Positions 34,429-44,295 of a stretch of DNA of 64,000 nucleotides are shown here, in pieces. Under the pieces are notes generated by a model. That model was not told the origin of the DNA and ran no database searches. It worked only from the letters and a program-made list of their open reading frames with translations. A program made the translations under genes and the position numbers. Source of the DNA: a virus (lineage: Duplodnaviria > Caudoviricetes); IMG/VR virus record IMGVR_UViG_3300044518_000037, positions 1 to 64,000 of that record. One strand, given 5' to 3'. Each line of letters starts with the position of its first letter. Position 1 is the first letter of the stretch.

Positions 34429-34979
34429 CTCCAGGCCGGCCTGAACCGGGCCAGCTGAGCCCGGCGCTGCTCGTCAACGGACGTGAACGGCGGCGTGGTC
34501 TCCTGGGTATAGACCCTCTGGGCAGTCGCGAACCGGGCCTGGGTCGCCACCATCGTCGGGCTCTTACCGTCGTTCACCAGAGGGCTGCCAACCATCGAGC
34601 CGCGCTGCGTCCACTTGCGCCCCTCGGCCTGGGCCTCCAGCGCGGCGGCAGGGTGCACCTCTTCCGTCCAGTAATAATCGGCCGGGTCGATTCGCTCACC
34701 CTTGTGCACACCCCTCTGATACGCCTTCTGCGTAGCACGGTTGGCGATGGCGCCGAGAAGCCGGTCCTCGCGACGACTGCCGGCACCGATCGTGCCGAGA
34801 TAGCCGTCCGGGTACTCGGCACTCGGGACGCGACCGGAGTCCATCATCCGCCGGGCATCCAGAATGTCCCGGGCCCCGGACAGCAGGAGGCCCCCGCCGC
34901 CGCCCGAGCGCGTGACCGCGCCCCCGACAGGGATTTGATACGGCGCGTTGTAGACGAGGTTCGCGTTGTTTCCGGCCAT
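34425..34979 (-). CDS. Hypothetical phage protein
   Basis: ATG at 34979; YPDGYLGTI..RREDRLL..YQRGVHKGERIDP. Confidence 0.75.
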   Translation of the reverse strand: MAGNNANLVYNAPYQIPVGGAVTRSGGGGGLLLSGARDILDARRMMDSGRVPSAEYPDGYLGTIGAGSRREDRLLGAIANRATQKAYQRGVHKGERIDPADYYWTEEVHPAAALEAQAEGRKWTQRGSMVGSPLVNDGKSPTMVATQARFATAQRVYTQETTPPFTSVDEQRRAQLARFRPAWR

Positions 34980-35335
34980 CAGCTGCGCCCGTCGTCCTGG
35001 CCGCCCCGGAACATCTCCTGGGAGCCGAAGGCGCTCGGCATGCGCCGCAGATTCTTTCCGCCGCTCGTCGGGTCGGTGTAGGCGCGGTTCACCTGGACGC
35101 GGCCAGCCGGACCGTAACGGTCGTGGCCGAGCGGGATCTGGTGGCGGTGCGCCTGATCCTTGACGGTCGGGTCGGCGCCGCCCGAGCGCTTCCGTTCGGC
35201 GGTGTGACCCAGCTCGGGGCGCACAACCTTGGGATGGCAGGTGCACTGACCGCCCCCGTGGGCGCCCACGGAAGGGGTCGTGCGCAGCGGGTCGGACTTG
35301 CCTCGGTTGGGCGGCGTCCAGTGGGTCACGGGCAC
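34979..35335 (-). CDS. Hypothetical protein
   Basis: TGATG overlap; RBS AGGAG. Confidence 0.65.
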   Translation of the reverse strand: MPVTHWTPPNRGKSDPLRTTPSVGAHGGGQCTCHPKVVRPELGHTAERKRSGGADPTVKDQAHRHQIPLGHDRYGPAGRVQVNRAYTDPTSGGKNLRRMPSAFGSQEMFRGGQDDGRS

Positions 35336-35438
35336 TCCTAGGCCGGTCGCGGGGACTCGGGGTTGAGGAGTTGGGCCCGATTTGGTGTCCGAGGCAGAGC
35401 GCTGAGTCCATCGGGAGTGTAGGGGGAGGTTTTCCTCT

Positions 35439-35732
35439 TCAGATATTCACCTGCACGCGGATCGTGATTCCGACGAGTTCAGTGTTCTTGTCGCCGTCGC
35501 GTGGCTGTCCGTGGAAGAAGCTGATCCGCTGAATGAGGTCGATGCCGTACGAGGCGGTGAAGGATTGCGCGACGGGTATCGACTTGACCGCTTGGTTGAC
35601 CGCGCCGGCGCCCACGGCCCTCAGGACGACCTGCTTGCCGTCGTAGATGGCGTGGGCGATGGCGCTTCCGAGGTCCAGCGGGGCCGTTGTCGACTTTACC
35701 CTGAATACCTTTTCTGTTGCCTGGTCTGACAC
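35439..35732 (-). CDS. spoVS: SpoVS-family (Alba-like) protein
   Basis: RVKSTT.P..LGSAIA..LRAVGAGAVNQAVKSI..A..F..GIDL matches the SpoVS consensus. Confidence 0.8.
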   Translation of the reverse strand: MSDQATEKVFRVKSTTAPLDLGSAIAHAIYDGKQVVLRAVGAGAVNQAVKSIPVAQSFTASYGIDLIQRISFFHGQPRDGDKNTELVGITIRVQVNI

Positions 35733-35782
35733 GAGTACGCTCCCTGAGTGGTTTGCGGAAAGCGTACGACCAGGAATTATCG

Positions 35783-36346
35783 CTACATATTCTGAGAATT
35801 TCTCAAGGCGTCGATGACCTCTTGTTCGTACCTCAGTGAGACGCCGTTCTCCAGTCCGTGGCCGATCCGCATGAGCCCGTAAGCGTCCGCGAGATCGTTG
35901 CTGGAAAACTCCGCACCCCACTTCTTGTAGACACTCAGCAGCATCAGATCCTTCGGGGCCGTGCCGCTCCCGGTGACGAACTTCTTCAGCGCGGTCGGGG
36001 CGGCGATGCGAACGCGCCCGGTGAACCCGAAAACCTCGTCCAGCGCGAGCTTGGTGACCGCGCCGAGCTCACCGAGTGCCTCCCTGTTCCACTTGCTTCC
36101 CGGCGCATAGCCCTCCATGACGACCTGGCGGACGTCGTAGGCGTCCTCCATCTGCCGGAAGGCATCGAGCAGGGTCCGGTGGATGTGGCGCAGCCGGGCC
36201 GCGCCCTGGCTGGCGCGGGAGGGGGAGAAGTCGAAAAGCATCTCGCGGTGCGCAGGAGCGCCGGGCTTCTCGATGAACAGGATGATCGCGTAGGCGCTGT
36301 ACGACTGGTCGATACCGACATAGGCCCGGTGGCTCTTGGCTCCCAT
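35783..36346 (-). CDS. ruvC: RuvC-like Holliday junction resolvase
   Basis: VGIDQS, VVMEGY, PTALKKFVTG.G.A.K, DLADA. Confidence 0.85.
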   Translation of the reverse strand: MGAKSHRAYVGIDQSYSAYAIILFIEKPGAPAHREMLFDFSPSRASQGAARLRHIHRTLLDAFRQMEDAYDVRQVVMEGYAPGSKWNREALGELGAVTKLALDEVFGFTGRVRIAAPTALKKFVTGSGTAPKDLMLLSVYKKWGAEFSSNDLADAYGLMRIGHGLENGVSLRYEQEVIDALRNSQNM

Positions 36347-36804
36347 CACACCCCCCACTTCGCGACGCGGGTCTCATGGCCATGCTGGGCGATGCGGCGG
36401 GACAGCTCCCGGGACGCCAGCTGGATCTTGATCTTGGTGTTCTCCCAGACGATGTCTATCGCCTCGGCCAGGTCGACGGCGTCGGCGACCTCGGTCTCCG
36501 CCTGCTGCACTTCGGGGTCGGCCTGCGCCACGGCTTTGCGGCCAGCAACCGTTCGCTCGGCGGAGGCTCGGACCGAGGCCAGGGCGGTGACGTATCGAAG
36601 GTGCTGCTCAGCGCTGCGCAGGTTGCGCGCCGAGCCAGCCTTGCGATGCGCGGCGTAGGTCGTCCAGGCCGTGTATGCGCCCATGAGCTGCATAAGCTGC
36701 TGGTCAGTCAGCTCGGTAATGTCCTCCGGGATGTCGGGAACCGCGTCCTCGGGCCGCTCCTCGGGGATGAAGCCCCAGCCGCTCAGGGTCTTCCAGGTGC
36801 TCAC
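36346..36804 (-). CDS. Hypothetical helical protein
   Basis: GTGA/ATGA overlaps. Confidence 0.75.
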   Translation of the reverse strand: MSTWKTLSGWGFIPEERPEDAVPDIPEDITELTDQQLMQLMGAYTAWTTYAAHRKAGSARNLRSAEQHLRYVTALASVRASAERTVAGRKAVAQADPEVQQAETEVADAVDLAEAIDIVWENTKIKIQLASRELSRRIAQHGHETRVAKWGV

Positions 36805-37697
36805 GCAGCGACCTCCCAAGCGCGGCAGTTCTTGCAGCCGGAGGCACCGTTGACGTTGCAGGCCGGCGGCCGCCCGGCGGCAAGGGCGTCTGTGACGATC
36901 TGAGCGCCCTCGATGACCGGCTCCGATATCTCCTCGGAGTACAGGACGGTGAAAGCCTTCGCCTCCTGGGTCGGCTTGAACTCGTAGATGTAGGTGATCC
37001 GGTCCACCATCAGGTCTTCGAAATGTCTTGCAAGATAGAGGTAGAGCTGGCCCTGGCGCAGGGCCTGCGGAAGCGGGCGGCGAAAGTCGCGCCACAGCCG
37101 GGTCAGGTCGTAGACAGTGCCCCGACCGTCCATCTCCAGCTCAAAGCGGGAGAGGAACTTGGGGTCCTCGAACCTCAGCGACCCGATGCCGAGAGTCTTG
37201 ATCTCGACCAGGGAGTTGTCCTCGGGGCAGTAGCCATCCGTGCTGCCGCCGATCGTCAGCGCCGGCGCGTTGAGTTCAACCTCGGCGTAGTCGATAGCGC
37301 GGGCCGGGGCGGAGCACAGCTGACACTCCTCGGGCGTCTCATCATCCCAGAACTCCTGGCCGCAGGACCGGCAGTGCCAGTTGCCCGCCAGCCGGCCCAT
37401 CTCCTGCAACCACTTTTGCCACTTCGCATGGGTCTGGTGACCCTCGCGGAACACGTTCTCGCGCACGAACGTCGTGGGGCCCTTGGGTCGCGGGTCGGTG
37501 AGCTTGTAGTACGCGGCCCGATGGCACCAGTCAGCCTTGACCATCTCGGACGGGTGGAGCACGTCCTGGCGCCGGCCGTCAGGCTGGGCGGCCTTCAGCA
37601 GGACGTGCTTCTGCACGTCACCGAACAGCACCTCGGTCGACTTGCTGGCCTCCAGATACGCGGCGAGCCCCGGGCCCGGCCTCACGCTGCGTGCCAC
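36801..37697 (-). CDS. Cas4-like PD-(D/E)XK exonuclease
   Basis: HPSE..C; GSTDG; VEIKT; QGQLY; C-terminal C..C..C. Confidence 0.8.
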   Translation of the reverse strand: MARSVRPGPGLAAYLEASKSTEVLFGDVQKHVLLKAAQPDGRRQDVLHPSEMVKADWCHRAAYYKLTDPRPKGPTTFVRENVFREGHQTHAKWQKWLQEMGRLAGNWHCRSCGQEFWDDETPEECQLCSAPARAIDYAEVELNAPALTIGGSTDGYCPEDNSLVEIKTLGIGSLRFEDPKFLSRFELEMDGRGTVYDLTRLWRDFRRPLPQALRQGQLYLYLARHFEDLMVDRITYIYEFKPTQEAKAFTVLYSEEISEPVIEGAQIVTDALAAGRPPACNVNGASGCKNCRAWEVAA

Positions 37698-38032
37698 ATT
37701 TCCTCCGTTTTGATTCCGTCATCAGCCGGCTGCCAGGTCCACCGCTCAGGACTATTCGGGTACTTCAGACGCATACGAAGCCGGTCGGCCGGACGCATGC
37801 CACCCCAGACGCCGTACGCCTCCTTGTTGTGCATCGAGTTGCGCAGGCACTCCAGTCGGCGCGGGCAGACAATCCCGTCGTAGACGCCGTTGCAGATCTC
37901 CAGGGCCACACGCTCATTGCTGAAGAAGAGCTCCGGGCCGCCAAGGAGTTCAGGAATCCCCCGGCACTTTGCTGCGCCCCTGGGGTCCTTCTCTGACCAG
38001 TCAGGGGAGGGTACGCGCGGTCGAATCGCCAT
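37682..38032 (-). CDS. whiB: WhiB-family transcription regulator
   Basis: Four Cys (KCRG, EICN, VCPR, ECL) and YGVWGG. Confidence 0.88.
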   Translation of the reverse strand: MAIRPRVPSPDWSEKDPRGAAKCRGIPELLGGPELFFSNERVALEICNGVYDGIVCPRRLECLRNSMHNKEAYGVWGGMRPADRLRMRLKYPNSPERWTWQPADDGIKTEEMWHAA

Positions 38033-38339
38033 TGCTGCCCCCCGAGGTCAGCTCAGTGAAGGTCTCGTAGGGAAGGACGACCCAGGTGCGGCCGCACATC
38101 TCGATGGCGAACGCCATCTTCCGGAAGTCCAGGAGTGCGTGCCTCTCAGCGGCTGTCAGTGCATCGTTGGTGAGCGAGTAGGACTTCTTCGTCGTGGTCT
38201 TGCACTCGATCGACCAGTCAGCGGTTCTGACGTCGTTCTTGACGGCCCATCCGCTTCCTGATCCGGCCACGGTTCGGCCGCCGAGGGAGCGGGCGATGCT
38301 CTTCTCCTGTCGGCGTGAGGCACGCTGTCGTGCGTCCAT
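38001..38339 (-). CDS. Small PD-(D/E)XK nuclease (Hjc-like)
   Basis: QEK.IA..G..GSGS..KNDV..IECKTT. Confidence 0.75.
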   Translation of the reverse strand: MDARQRASRRQEKSIARSLGGRTVAGSGSGWAVKNDVRTADWSIECKTTTKKSYSLTNDALTAAERHALLDFRKMAFAIEMCGRTWVVLPYETFTELTSGGSNGDSTARTLP

Positions 38340-39382
38340 CAGTGCGCTCCGGGGATGGCCTGGTGCACGGCCACGTCGATCTGCTCGCGCAGCTCCTCGT
38401 CGCCGTTGAGGGCCTTGCACATGGCCGGCTCACCGTGCCACTGCTGGTCGCCGAAGCTGTACCAGCCGTTGCTCGTCTTGGAGATGACGCCGTAGAGGAC
38501 TCCCATGGCCACCGTCTCCGCCGTGAGGTCGTAGTCGCCCTTGCGGAAGCCGGAGGGGGAGTCGGCGAAGAAGAACCGAATGCTGGCAACCTGTTGGGGC
38601 GCGGCGGCCTTGTTCTTGATCGTCTTGAGCTTGATGACTTGGCCACATCGAGCCAGTCCCTTGCCTGGCCGCTTCTCATCGAGCCACTCGGTGCGCGAGA
38701 CCTCCAGGCGCACATAGTACGCGTAATTCTTCGCGTTGCCGCCGGGGCTCGTCTTCGGCGTCATTCCGTTCGGAGAAAAGCCACCGATCTTGTCTCGGAA
38801 CTGGTTGATGATCAGGCCGAGAAGAGGGCGCTCCTCCTGGACCAGGGAGCGCTTGGTGTGGCCACCGGCCTTCCTGAAGAACTTTCCGGTAACTCGGGCG
38901 CCCGCAGAAATCGTGAACTCATCCATTTCCTTCGCGTCCTCGTCGTTGGCGATCAGCGCAGGATAGGAGTCCAGGACGATCGCATCTACCGCCCGGGATT
39001 CGGCGGCGTCTAGCATCGCTGTGTACGCCTCCTCCATGCTGTTCGTCGAGTGGACGAGGACTCGGCTGGTGTCGACCCCGAGATCCTCGGCCCAGTCCTG
39101 GTCGTAGCCCTCGGCTGCGATCCAGAGTGTCGTGAAATCGGGGTCCCGATGCTGGTTGGCGGCGATGGTCTTGTGGGCGATCGTCGTCTTGCCCGAGGAT
39201 TCGCTCCCGATGATCTCCGACCACTGGTTGCCGGGCCATCCGCCGCCGAGCATCACGTCCAGGCTCAGCGATCCGGAGGTGAATCGGGGAAGCGGGGGTA
39301 TCTGGGAGGCGACGACGAGAGTCCCGTCGCCGCACTTCTTATTGATTCTCGCCATCAGTGCGCGGGCGTCGTCGCTCAGCAC
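38339..39382 (-). CDS. recA: RecA/UvsX-like recombinase
   Basis: TSGSLSLDVMLGGG; GSESSGKT; IVLDS; INQFRDKIG; PGGNA. Confidence 0.95.
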   Translation of the reverse strand: MLSDDARALMARINKKCGDGTLVVASQIPPLPRFTSGSLSLDVMLGGGWPGNQWSEIIGSESSGKTTIAHKTIAANQHRDPDFTTLWIAAEGYDQDWAEDLGVDTSRVLVHSTNSMEEAYTAMLDAAESRAVDAIVLDSYPALIANDEDAKEMDEFTISAGARVTGKFFRKAGGHTKRSLVQEERPLLGLIINQFRDKIGGFSPNGMTPKTSPGGNAKNYAYYVRLEVSRTEWLDEKRPGKGLARCGQVIKLKTIKNKAAAPQQVASIRFFFADSPSGFRKGDYDLTAETVAMGVLYGVISKTSNGWYSFGDQQWHGEPAMCKALNGDEELREQIDVAVHQAIPGAH

Positions 39383-39424
39383 AATCGGCTCCTCTCATAT
39401 CCGAGGAGCACAACTCTATGAATT

Positions 39425-39460
39425 CAAAAAACTCACCAGAATAGACTATTCGGGTGAGTG
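39425..39460 (-). terminator. Intrinsic terminator on the minus strand
   Basis: Minus strand ACTCACCCGAATA-GTC-TATTCTGGTGAGT followed by TTTTT. Confidence 0.7.
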
Positions 39461-39463
39461 AAT

Positions 39464-39841
39464 TTAAACGTGCCCGATGATTGTCATGACGTTTCCGGAG
39501 CCCTGGGCCTGGCGCAGAGACACCCTCGCCGGAATGCTGTCGCGATTCGGGACGATCGCGCCGGAGGTCGAGTGCATCACCGGATACCCGCAATCCATAC
39601 AGCGCGGCGCCGTGTTAGGCGTCGCCTTGTGGTAGGTCCCGCTGAAGCAGTTGGGGCACTGGCCACTCTCGCGCAGGCGCGGTGCCGGGGCCGCAGCGGG
39701 TGAGGTGGTCGGCGGTGCTGCCAGCGCGGGGGCGGCTGGCGCGTACGTCGGCTGCGCCCACCAGGGCGTCTGTGTGGCAGCCGCAGCCGGCGCGGCGGCC
39801 GTCGTTCCGGCTTGCCGGAGCTTCTCTTCCCAGAAGTTCAT
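39464..39841 (-). CDS. Zinc-ribbon hypothetical protein
   Basis: CPNC..CMDCGYP; ATG at 39841. Confidence 0.75.
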   Translation of the reverse strand: MNFWEEKLRQAGTTAAAPAAAATQTPWWAQPTYAPAAPALAAPPTTSPAAAPAPRLRESGQCPNCFSGTYHKATPNTAPRCMDCGYPVMHSTSGAIVPNRDSIPARVSLRQAQGSGNVMTIIGHV

Positions 39842-40200
39842 CGCTCCTCCACCACCCGCAGCTTGCCCATGTCGACCAGCCGGATGATGGCGCCGGCCAC
39901 GCAGGCGTGAGCGATGGCGGTGTACATCGCCAGGTCCCCCTCGTCCTCGGTTGAGCCCGTGCACAGGGCGTGGATCACGTCGGCGGCGATCGCGGAGGAC
40001 TCGGCGATCGCATCGATGACCGGCTTGATGGCCCCGTACCGGGCGTGGGCGTCGAGATGCTCCCTCGCGTCGACCTCGGGGCCGGAGGGGACGAGGCCGA
40101 GCCTTTCGCAGATCACGTAGTAGTCCTCGCACGATGCGACATTGCGCACCATGGCCCGGAACTCGGTGCCGTACGCCGACGGCGAGATTTCAGACCTCAT
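39838..40200 (-). CDS. Hypothetical protein
   Basis: ATGA overlap. Confidence 0.7.
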   Translation of the reverse strand: MRSEISPSAYGTEFRAMVRNVASCEDYYVICERLGLVPSGPEVDAREHLDAHARYGAIKPVIDAIAESSAIAADVIHALCTGSTEDEGDLAMYTAIAHACVAGAIIRLVDMGKLRVVEER

Positions 40201-40230
40201 GGGGCCAATATACGGATCGACACAAGCGAA

Positions 40231-42123
40231 CTATTTTGCTTCGGACCACCGGTCACACACCTTTACGTCGGTAATCACGGGGACGCCGAGGAGCTGCATG
40301 TCGGCGCCGGCCATTGCCTCGTGGAGGATGCGTGAGCCCTCCTCCACGATGCTCTCGGGGCACAGGACCGCGAGTTCGTCGTGGACGGTGAGCATCAGCT
40401 GCATGCCCTCCAGGCGCGTCTTGTTGAAGCGCACCATGGCGAGCTTGGTCAGATCCGCGTTGGTTCCCTGGATGTGCGAATTGACGACCTGTCGCTCGGC
40501 GCGCGAGCGCTGGGCAGGAATCGGGGACAGCAGGTCGGGCAGGCGCCGACGGCGGCCGAGGAGCGTGTGGAGGTAGGGCTGCGGGCGCCGGGCGCGGACG
40601 GTGTTCAGGATCTTGTCCTTGTAGCGGTAGACCTCGGGGAATTGCTTCTCGTGGGTCTTCATGAAAGCGCGTGCCTTGGTGACGGACACACCTGCCATGT
40701 CGGCGAGCTTGCCGGGGCCAGCGCCGTAGATAATCGCGAATGCGATGCCCTTGGCGACCTGCCGCATCTGCTTGGTGACTTCATCCGGCGAGACGCCGAA
40801 TACGGCTGCGGCGGTGGCGACATGCGCGTCCAGGCCGTCCCAGAAGCCAGCGTGGAGCTTTCCGGCGCCGGCGAAATGCGCGAGGATGCGCAGCTCAATT
40901 TGCGCGTAGTCCGCGACCAACAACTTGTGGCCGGGCGGTGGTTGGAACAAATCGCGGATGCGCTTGCCCCATGCGGAGTCCGGCCTCGGCCAGTTCTGGA
41001 CGTTGGGCTGCCTGCACGAGAATCGGCCGGTGACGGTGCCATATTGAGCGAAGGACGGGTAGATGCGTCCGTCGAAGATCTGAGTGGGTCGTTCGTCGTC
41101 GCCGAGGTAGCCCTCCACGTAGGTGTGGAGGATCGTGGCGAGCTCCTGATAGCTGAGGATCTCGTCCACCAGCGGGTTGCCCTTGTGAAAGGCGAGCGCG
41201 TCAGCGTCAGTGCTCGGGGCGCCGGTCTTGGTGAGCTTGCGGGGTGTGAGGCCCTGACCGTCCGGGCGCGGCCCGTACAGCAGCCGCTGCTTCTGCGGGA
41301 CTGACCCGAGGTTGAAATGAGTGCCGGCAGCCCGGTAGACGGCGGCTTCTCGGCCGACGAGCTCTGAGCGCAGGTCGTCCCTCAGCTGCTCCAGGGCGAC
41401 GATGTCGACGGGGGCGCCGGGGGCCTGCATGTGGAGCAGGCACTCAAGGACGTCCATCTCCAGGTCCCAGATCCTGGTGAGGCCCTGGGCGTCGATCTCG
41501 GGTCGTAGCCGAAGCCAGTGCAGCCAGGTCGCCTTGGCATCGAGCCACGCGTAGTCCGCGACCTTGCCGAATTCGTGCGCCTCGACGCATTTGCCGACGT
41601 TCTCGTGGTCGTAGTCGAGTCGGTAGGCGTCTTTGGTGAGCGGCTTGAGGCCGAGCAACCGGTTCTCGTTGCACAACCACGCCGCGACGATGGTGTCCCC
41701 GTAGGGTGGGGGCGGGTAGCCGCCGTAGTACTTGGCGATCGACAAGAAATCGAACGTCGCGTTGTGTGCGATCTTCGTACGGTTGCTGAAGAACAGGGGG
41801 TGCAACGCCTCGAAGACCTGACTTGGACGCAACTGCTTTGGGGGGTCGCTGAATTGGGCCGGTATGTTCTCGCGCAGGTTGGTTGCCTTGTTCTTCCGCC
41901 AGCTGGCCTTGCGCAGAAGCTCGTAGCCGTTCGGGTGGCCGAGTGGAATGACGGTCGCGGCGCCCTGGGTGGCCAGCGAGATCCAGGTGACCTTGTTGAC
42001 GGCAGCCACGCCCCGATTAGCGCCAGAGGTCTCAACGTCGAACGCAAACGCGTCACGGTCGCTGAAGTAGTTGACGACCTGGTGGAGGTCGTCCGTGGTG
42101 GTGACGAGCTGCGGGGGTTTCAT
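40231..42123 (-). CDS. polA: DNA polymerase I (family A) with 3'-5' exonuclease domain
   Basis: FDVET, HNATFD; TGRFSC..PNVQN; ADYAQIELR; K.IAFAIIYG; TVHDEL. Confidence 0.96.
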   Translation of the reverse strand: MKPPQLVTTTDDLHQVVNYFSDRDAFAFDVETSGANRGVAAVNKVTWISLATQGAATVIPLGHPNGYELLRKASWRKNKATNLRENIPAQFSDPPKQLRPSQVFEALHPLFFSNRTKIAHNATFDFLSIAKYYGGYPPPPYGDTIVAAWLCNENRLLGLKPLTKDAYRLDYDHENVGKCVEAHEFGKVADYAWLDAKATWLHWLRLRPEIDAQGLTRIWDLEMDVLECLLHMQAPGAPVDIVALEQLRDDLRSELVGREAAVYRAAGTHFNLGSVPQKQRLLYGPRPDGQGLTPRKLTKTGAPSTDADALAFHKGNPLVDEILSYQELATILHTYVEGYLGDDERPTQIFDGRIYPSFAQYGTVTGRFSCRQPNVQNWPRPDSAWGKRIRDLFQPPPGHKLLVADYAQIELRILAHFAGAGKLHAGFWDGLDAHVATAAAVFGVSPDEVTKQMRQVAKGIAFAIIYGAGPGKLADMAGVSVTKARAFMKTHEKQFPEVYRYKDKILNTVRARRPQPYLHTLLGRRRRLPDLLSPIPAQRSRAERQVVNSHIQGTNADLTKLAMVRFNKTRLEGMQLMLTVHDELAVLCPESIVEEGSRILHEAMAGADMQLLGVPVITDVKVCDRWSEAK

Positions 42124-42199
42124 CCGCCCTCCTCGTTGGCGCGGTTGGGCCACCGCCGGCCCGGTGCGGTCACGGGCCGGCGGTGGTGCGAGGGGGCGG

Positions 42200-42883
42200 T
42201 CAGTCGTCCAGCAGAGTCTTGACCAGGGCAGCCATCTCAGCGCTGTCCAGGAGGTCCTTGACCGGCTCGGTGCGGCGGTCGGCCAGAAACTGCTCGGCTT
42301 CGGCGGCACCGAGCGGCTCGACGCCGGTCTCCTCCTCCAGGTCCCGCGCCTTGATGCGCTCCAGGTGGTACTCCACCGCCTTCGCCTTCTGGGACTTGGC
42401 GATCGTGAAGTACAGGTCGTCCCGGTTGAGGGGGCCCCTGCGCTCGTCCAGCGCGATGTCCTTGAGCTGCCGGGCAAGCTTGACGCCGGCCTCCCAGACC
42501 CGAAGCTCGGGGTTGCTGGGGTCCTCGAAAGAAATCACGTTAAAGCACGCGGAGAACTTCTTTGGCTTGTCTCCGATTGAGCAGAGCTGGCATTCCGAGC
42601 CACCCCAGCAGCGGACGGACTTGCTGCCTTCCTTGATTTCCTCTATCCAGTGCGCCACGTAATTGTCGAACGGGTCGGCGTCGAGGATCTTGATGACGAT
42701 GGGGTCTTCGGTGACCTTCAGGTAGAGGTCGCCGCTGGCCTGGTTGGCGAGCTTGTCCATCCTGCCCCAGCCGCCGGTTCCGGAGGAATTCTCTTCGGCG
42801 GGTTCGGGGGCCTCGCGCTTCGTTGTCGGGGCGGGGGTGCTGGGGAGATTGCGGCGACGGCCGAAGGTGCGCTGCTCAGGCAT
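42200..42883 (-). CDS. ssDNA-binding protein (gp32-like)
   Basis: Located next to Pol; H.W..C..C.LC; acidic tail. Confidence 0.65.
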   Translation of the reverse strand: MPEQRTFGRRRNLPSTPAPTTKREAPEPAEENSSGTGGWGRMDKLANQASGDLYLKVTEDPIVIKILDADPFDNYVAHWIEEIKEGSKSVRCWGGSECQLCSIGDKPKKFSACFNVISFEDPSNPELRVWEAGVKLARQLKDIALDERRGPLNRDDLYFTIAKSQKAKAVEYHLERIKARDLEEETGVEPLGAAEAEQFLADRRTEPVKDLLDSAEMAALVKTLLDD

Positions 42884-43337
42884 TGGGATTCCAATCCGGG
42901 ACGGGGTCAGGGAGGGTGGTTCGGGTCGCCTTGAACAATTCGGCGCAGCGGCTCGGGAACAGGGTGTTGCCGATGTAGCGCTGGTTTCCGTTCAGGACGC
43001 CCTCGTCTTGGGCGATGCGGATGACGCCCTCGATTTGGAGGCGTGTGTAGAGGCGCCGCTGCCCGTGCTTGCTTCCGCCGTTGTAGATGAAGGTGGCGGC
43101 GGGAAAGAGGCTGGCGCGTTCCCACTTGTAGATGGTTTTCGGCGAGCGCTGGAGGGCGGTCGACAGGTGGCCGATTCCAAAGAATTCCCTGAGGAATCCG
43201 CCCTGGCGCTTGTAGATGGGGTCCTCGTCCCAGTAGGTGATGGGGTTCATCACGACGTGGGCGAGGGGGGCCTGGAGGGGGCGGGCGGTGCCGGGGTAGG
43301 TGTCGTATGGCTGCCGCTGGGGGCCGATCCCGGTCAT
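42876..43337 (-). CDS. MerR-like HTH DNA-binding protein
   Basis: FGIGHLSTALQRSPKTIYKWE..RRLYT. Confidence 0.7.
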   Translation of the reverse strand: MTGIGPQRQPYDTYPGTARPLQAPLAHVVMNPITYWDEDPIYKRQGGFLREFFGIGHLSTALQRSPKTIYKWERASLFPAATFIYNGGSKHGQRRLYTRLQIEGVIRIAQDEGVLNGNQRYIGNTLFPSRCAELFKATRTTLPDPVPDWNPNA

Positions 43338-43747
43338 GCCTGGTCCTCGTCGCCCCAGTCGGGCGTGATGCGGCGTACGACCGTGGGGAAGGTGGCGGCG
43401 ATGACGCGGTAGATTTCCTCGCCCAGCTCGGGGTCTTCGCGCTCGCAGTACGTGAAGAGCGAGAAGCCAGCGCTGGTGCCGCTGAGCGGCGGCTCGGGCA
43501 GGAAGGTGTAGAGGGCGCTAGCGCTCAGGCCGAGGCTGGCGGCGAGGCGTACGACGACGGTGTGCGGCAGGGAGCCGCCGCGCCTGGCGTTGCGGGCGAG
43601 CTGGGGCCCGGAAATGAACGGCGCGAGCGTCTGGGGGTCGACGCCGAGGCCGGCTGCCATCTGGGCCCAGGTGAGTTCGCTGGCTCTCTTGATGGCGTGG
43701 AGGCGTTCCCAGTAGAAGCGGGACTTCTCCAGGCTGGGCTTGGTCAT
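43334..43747 (-). CDS. XRE-like HTH protein
   Basis: LTWAQMAAGLGVDPQTL..RLAASLGLS. Confidence 0.7.
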   Translation of the reverse strand: MTKPSLEKSRFYWERLHAIKRASELTWAQMAAGLGVDPQTLAPFISGPQLARNARRGGSLPHTVVVRLAASLGLSASALYTFLPEPPLSGTSAGFSLFTYCEREDPELGEEIYRVIAATFPTVVRRITPDWGDEDQA

Positions 43748-44187
43748 GAGAGTCCCCGGAACGCGTAGGATTCCTTCTGGGTGAATATGGCGTCCATTTC
43801 GGATTCGGTGAGGACGCCCTCTTGAAGGAGGACGTACAGCTCTTCGGTGTCCAGCGTGGGAACCGGAGGGAATGCGCGTTGGTATACGTTCTCGCCCTTG
43901 CTGCGGGTGATTTCTTCGGCCGCTGAGAGGTCGGGTATAACGGATACGCGGCGCTCCCGCTTGATGCGGTTGAAGCCCTCGATCTCCATCGGAAGGTCGA
44001 GATACTGGCTTCCCTTGTGGTCGCGGTAGCCGCGCTGCATTACAGCCTTCGTGATGCTGTCGCGCAGCTTGTCGCGCTCGGCGCCGATCTTCTCCGCTTC
44101 GCGCTTCAGGAGAGCCCACCGGCGAACTGTTGGAAGAATCGGATCGAAAGGAAGTCTGCCGGCGCTTTCATCCTCTGTTTCAGGCAT
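43744..44187 (-). CDS. Hypothetical protein (Gam-like N-terminal coiled coil)
   Basis: LKREAEKIGAERDKLRDSI. Confidence 0.7.
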   Translation of the reverse strand: MPETEDESAGRLPFDPILPTVRRWALLKREAEKIGAERDKLRDSITKAVMQRGYRDHKGSQYLDLPMEIEGFNRIKRERRVSVIPDLSAAEEITRSKGENVYQRAFPPVPTLDTEELYVLLQEGVLTESEMDAIFTQKESYAFRGLS

Positions 44188-44295
44188 GGGGGTACCCCGT
44201 TCGGAGTAGGGAGTTGCTGCCGGAGATACTCGGCTTTCCAGGTGCTTTAAGCCTATGAAGTGGAAAAATAGCCTGGTAGGGCCGTCCGAGTGATC

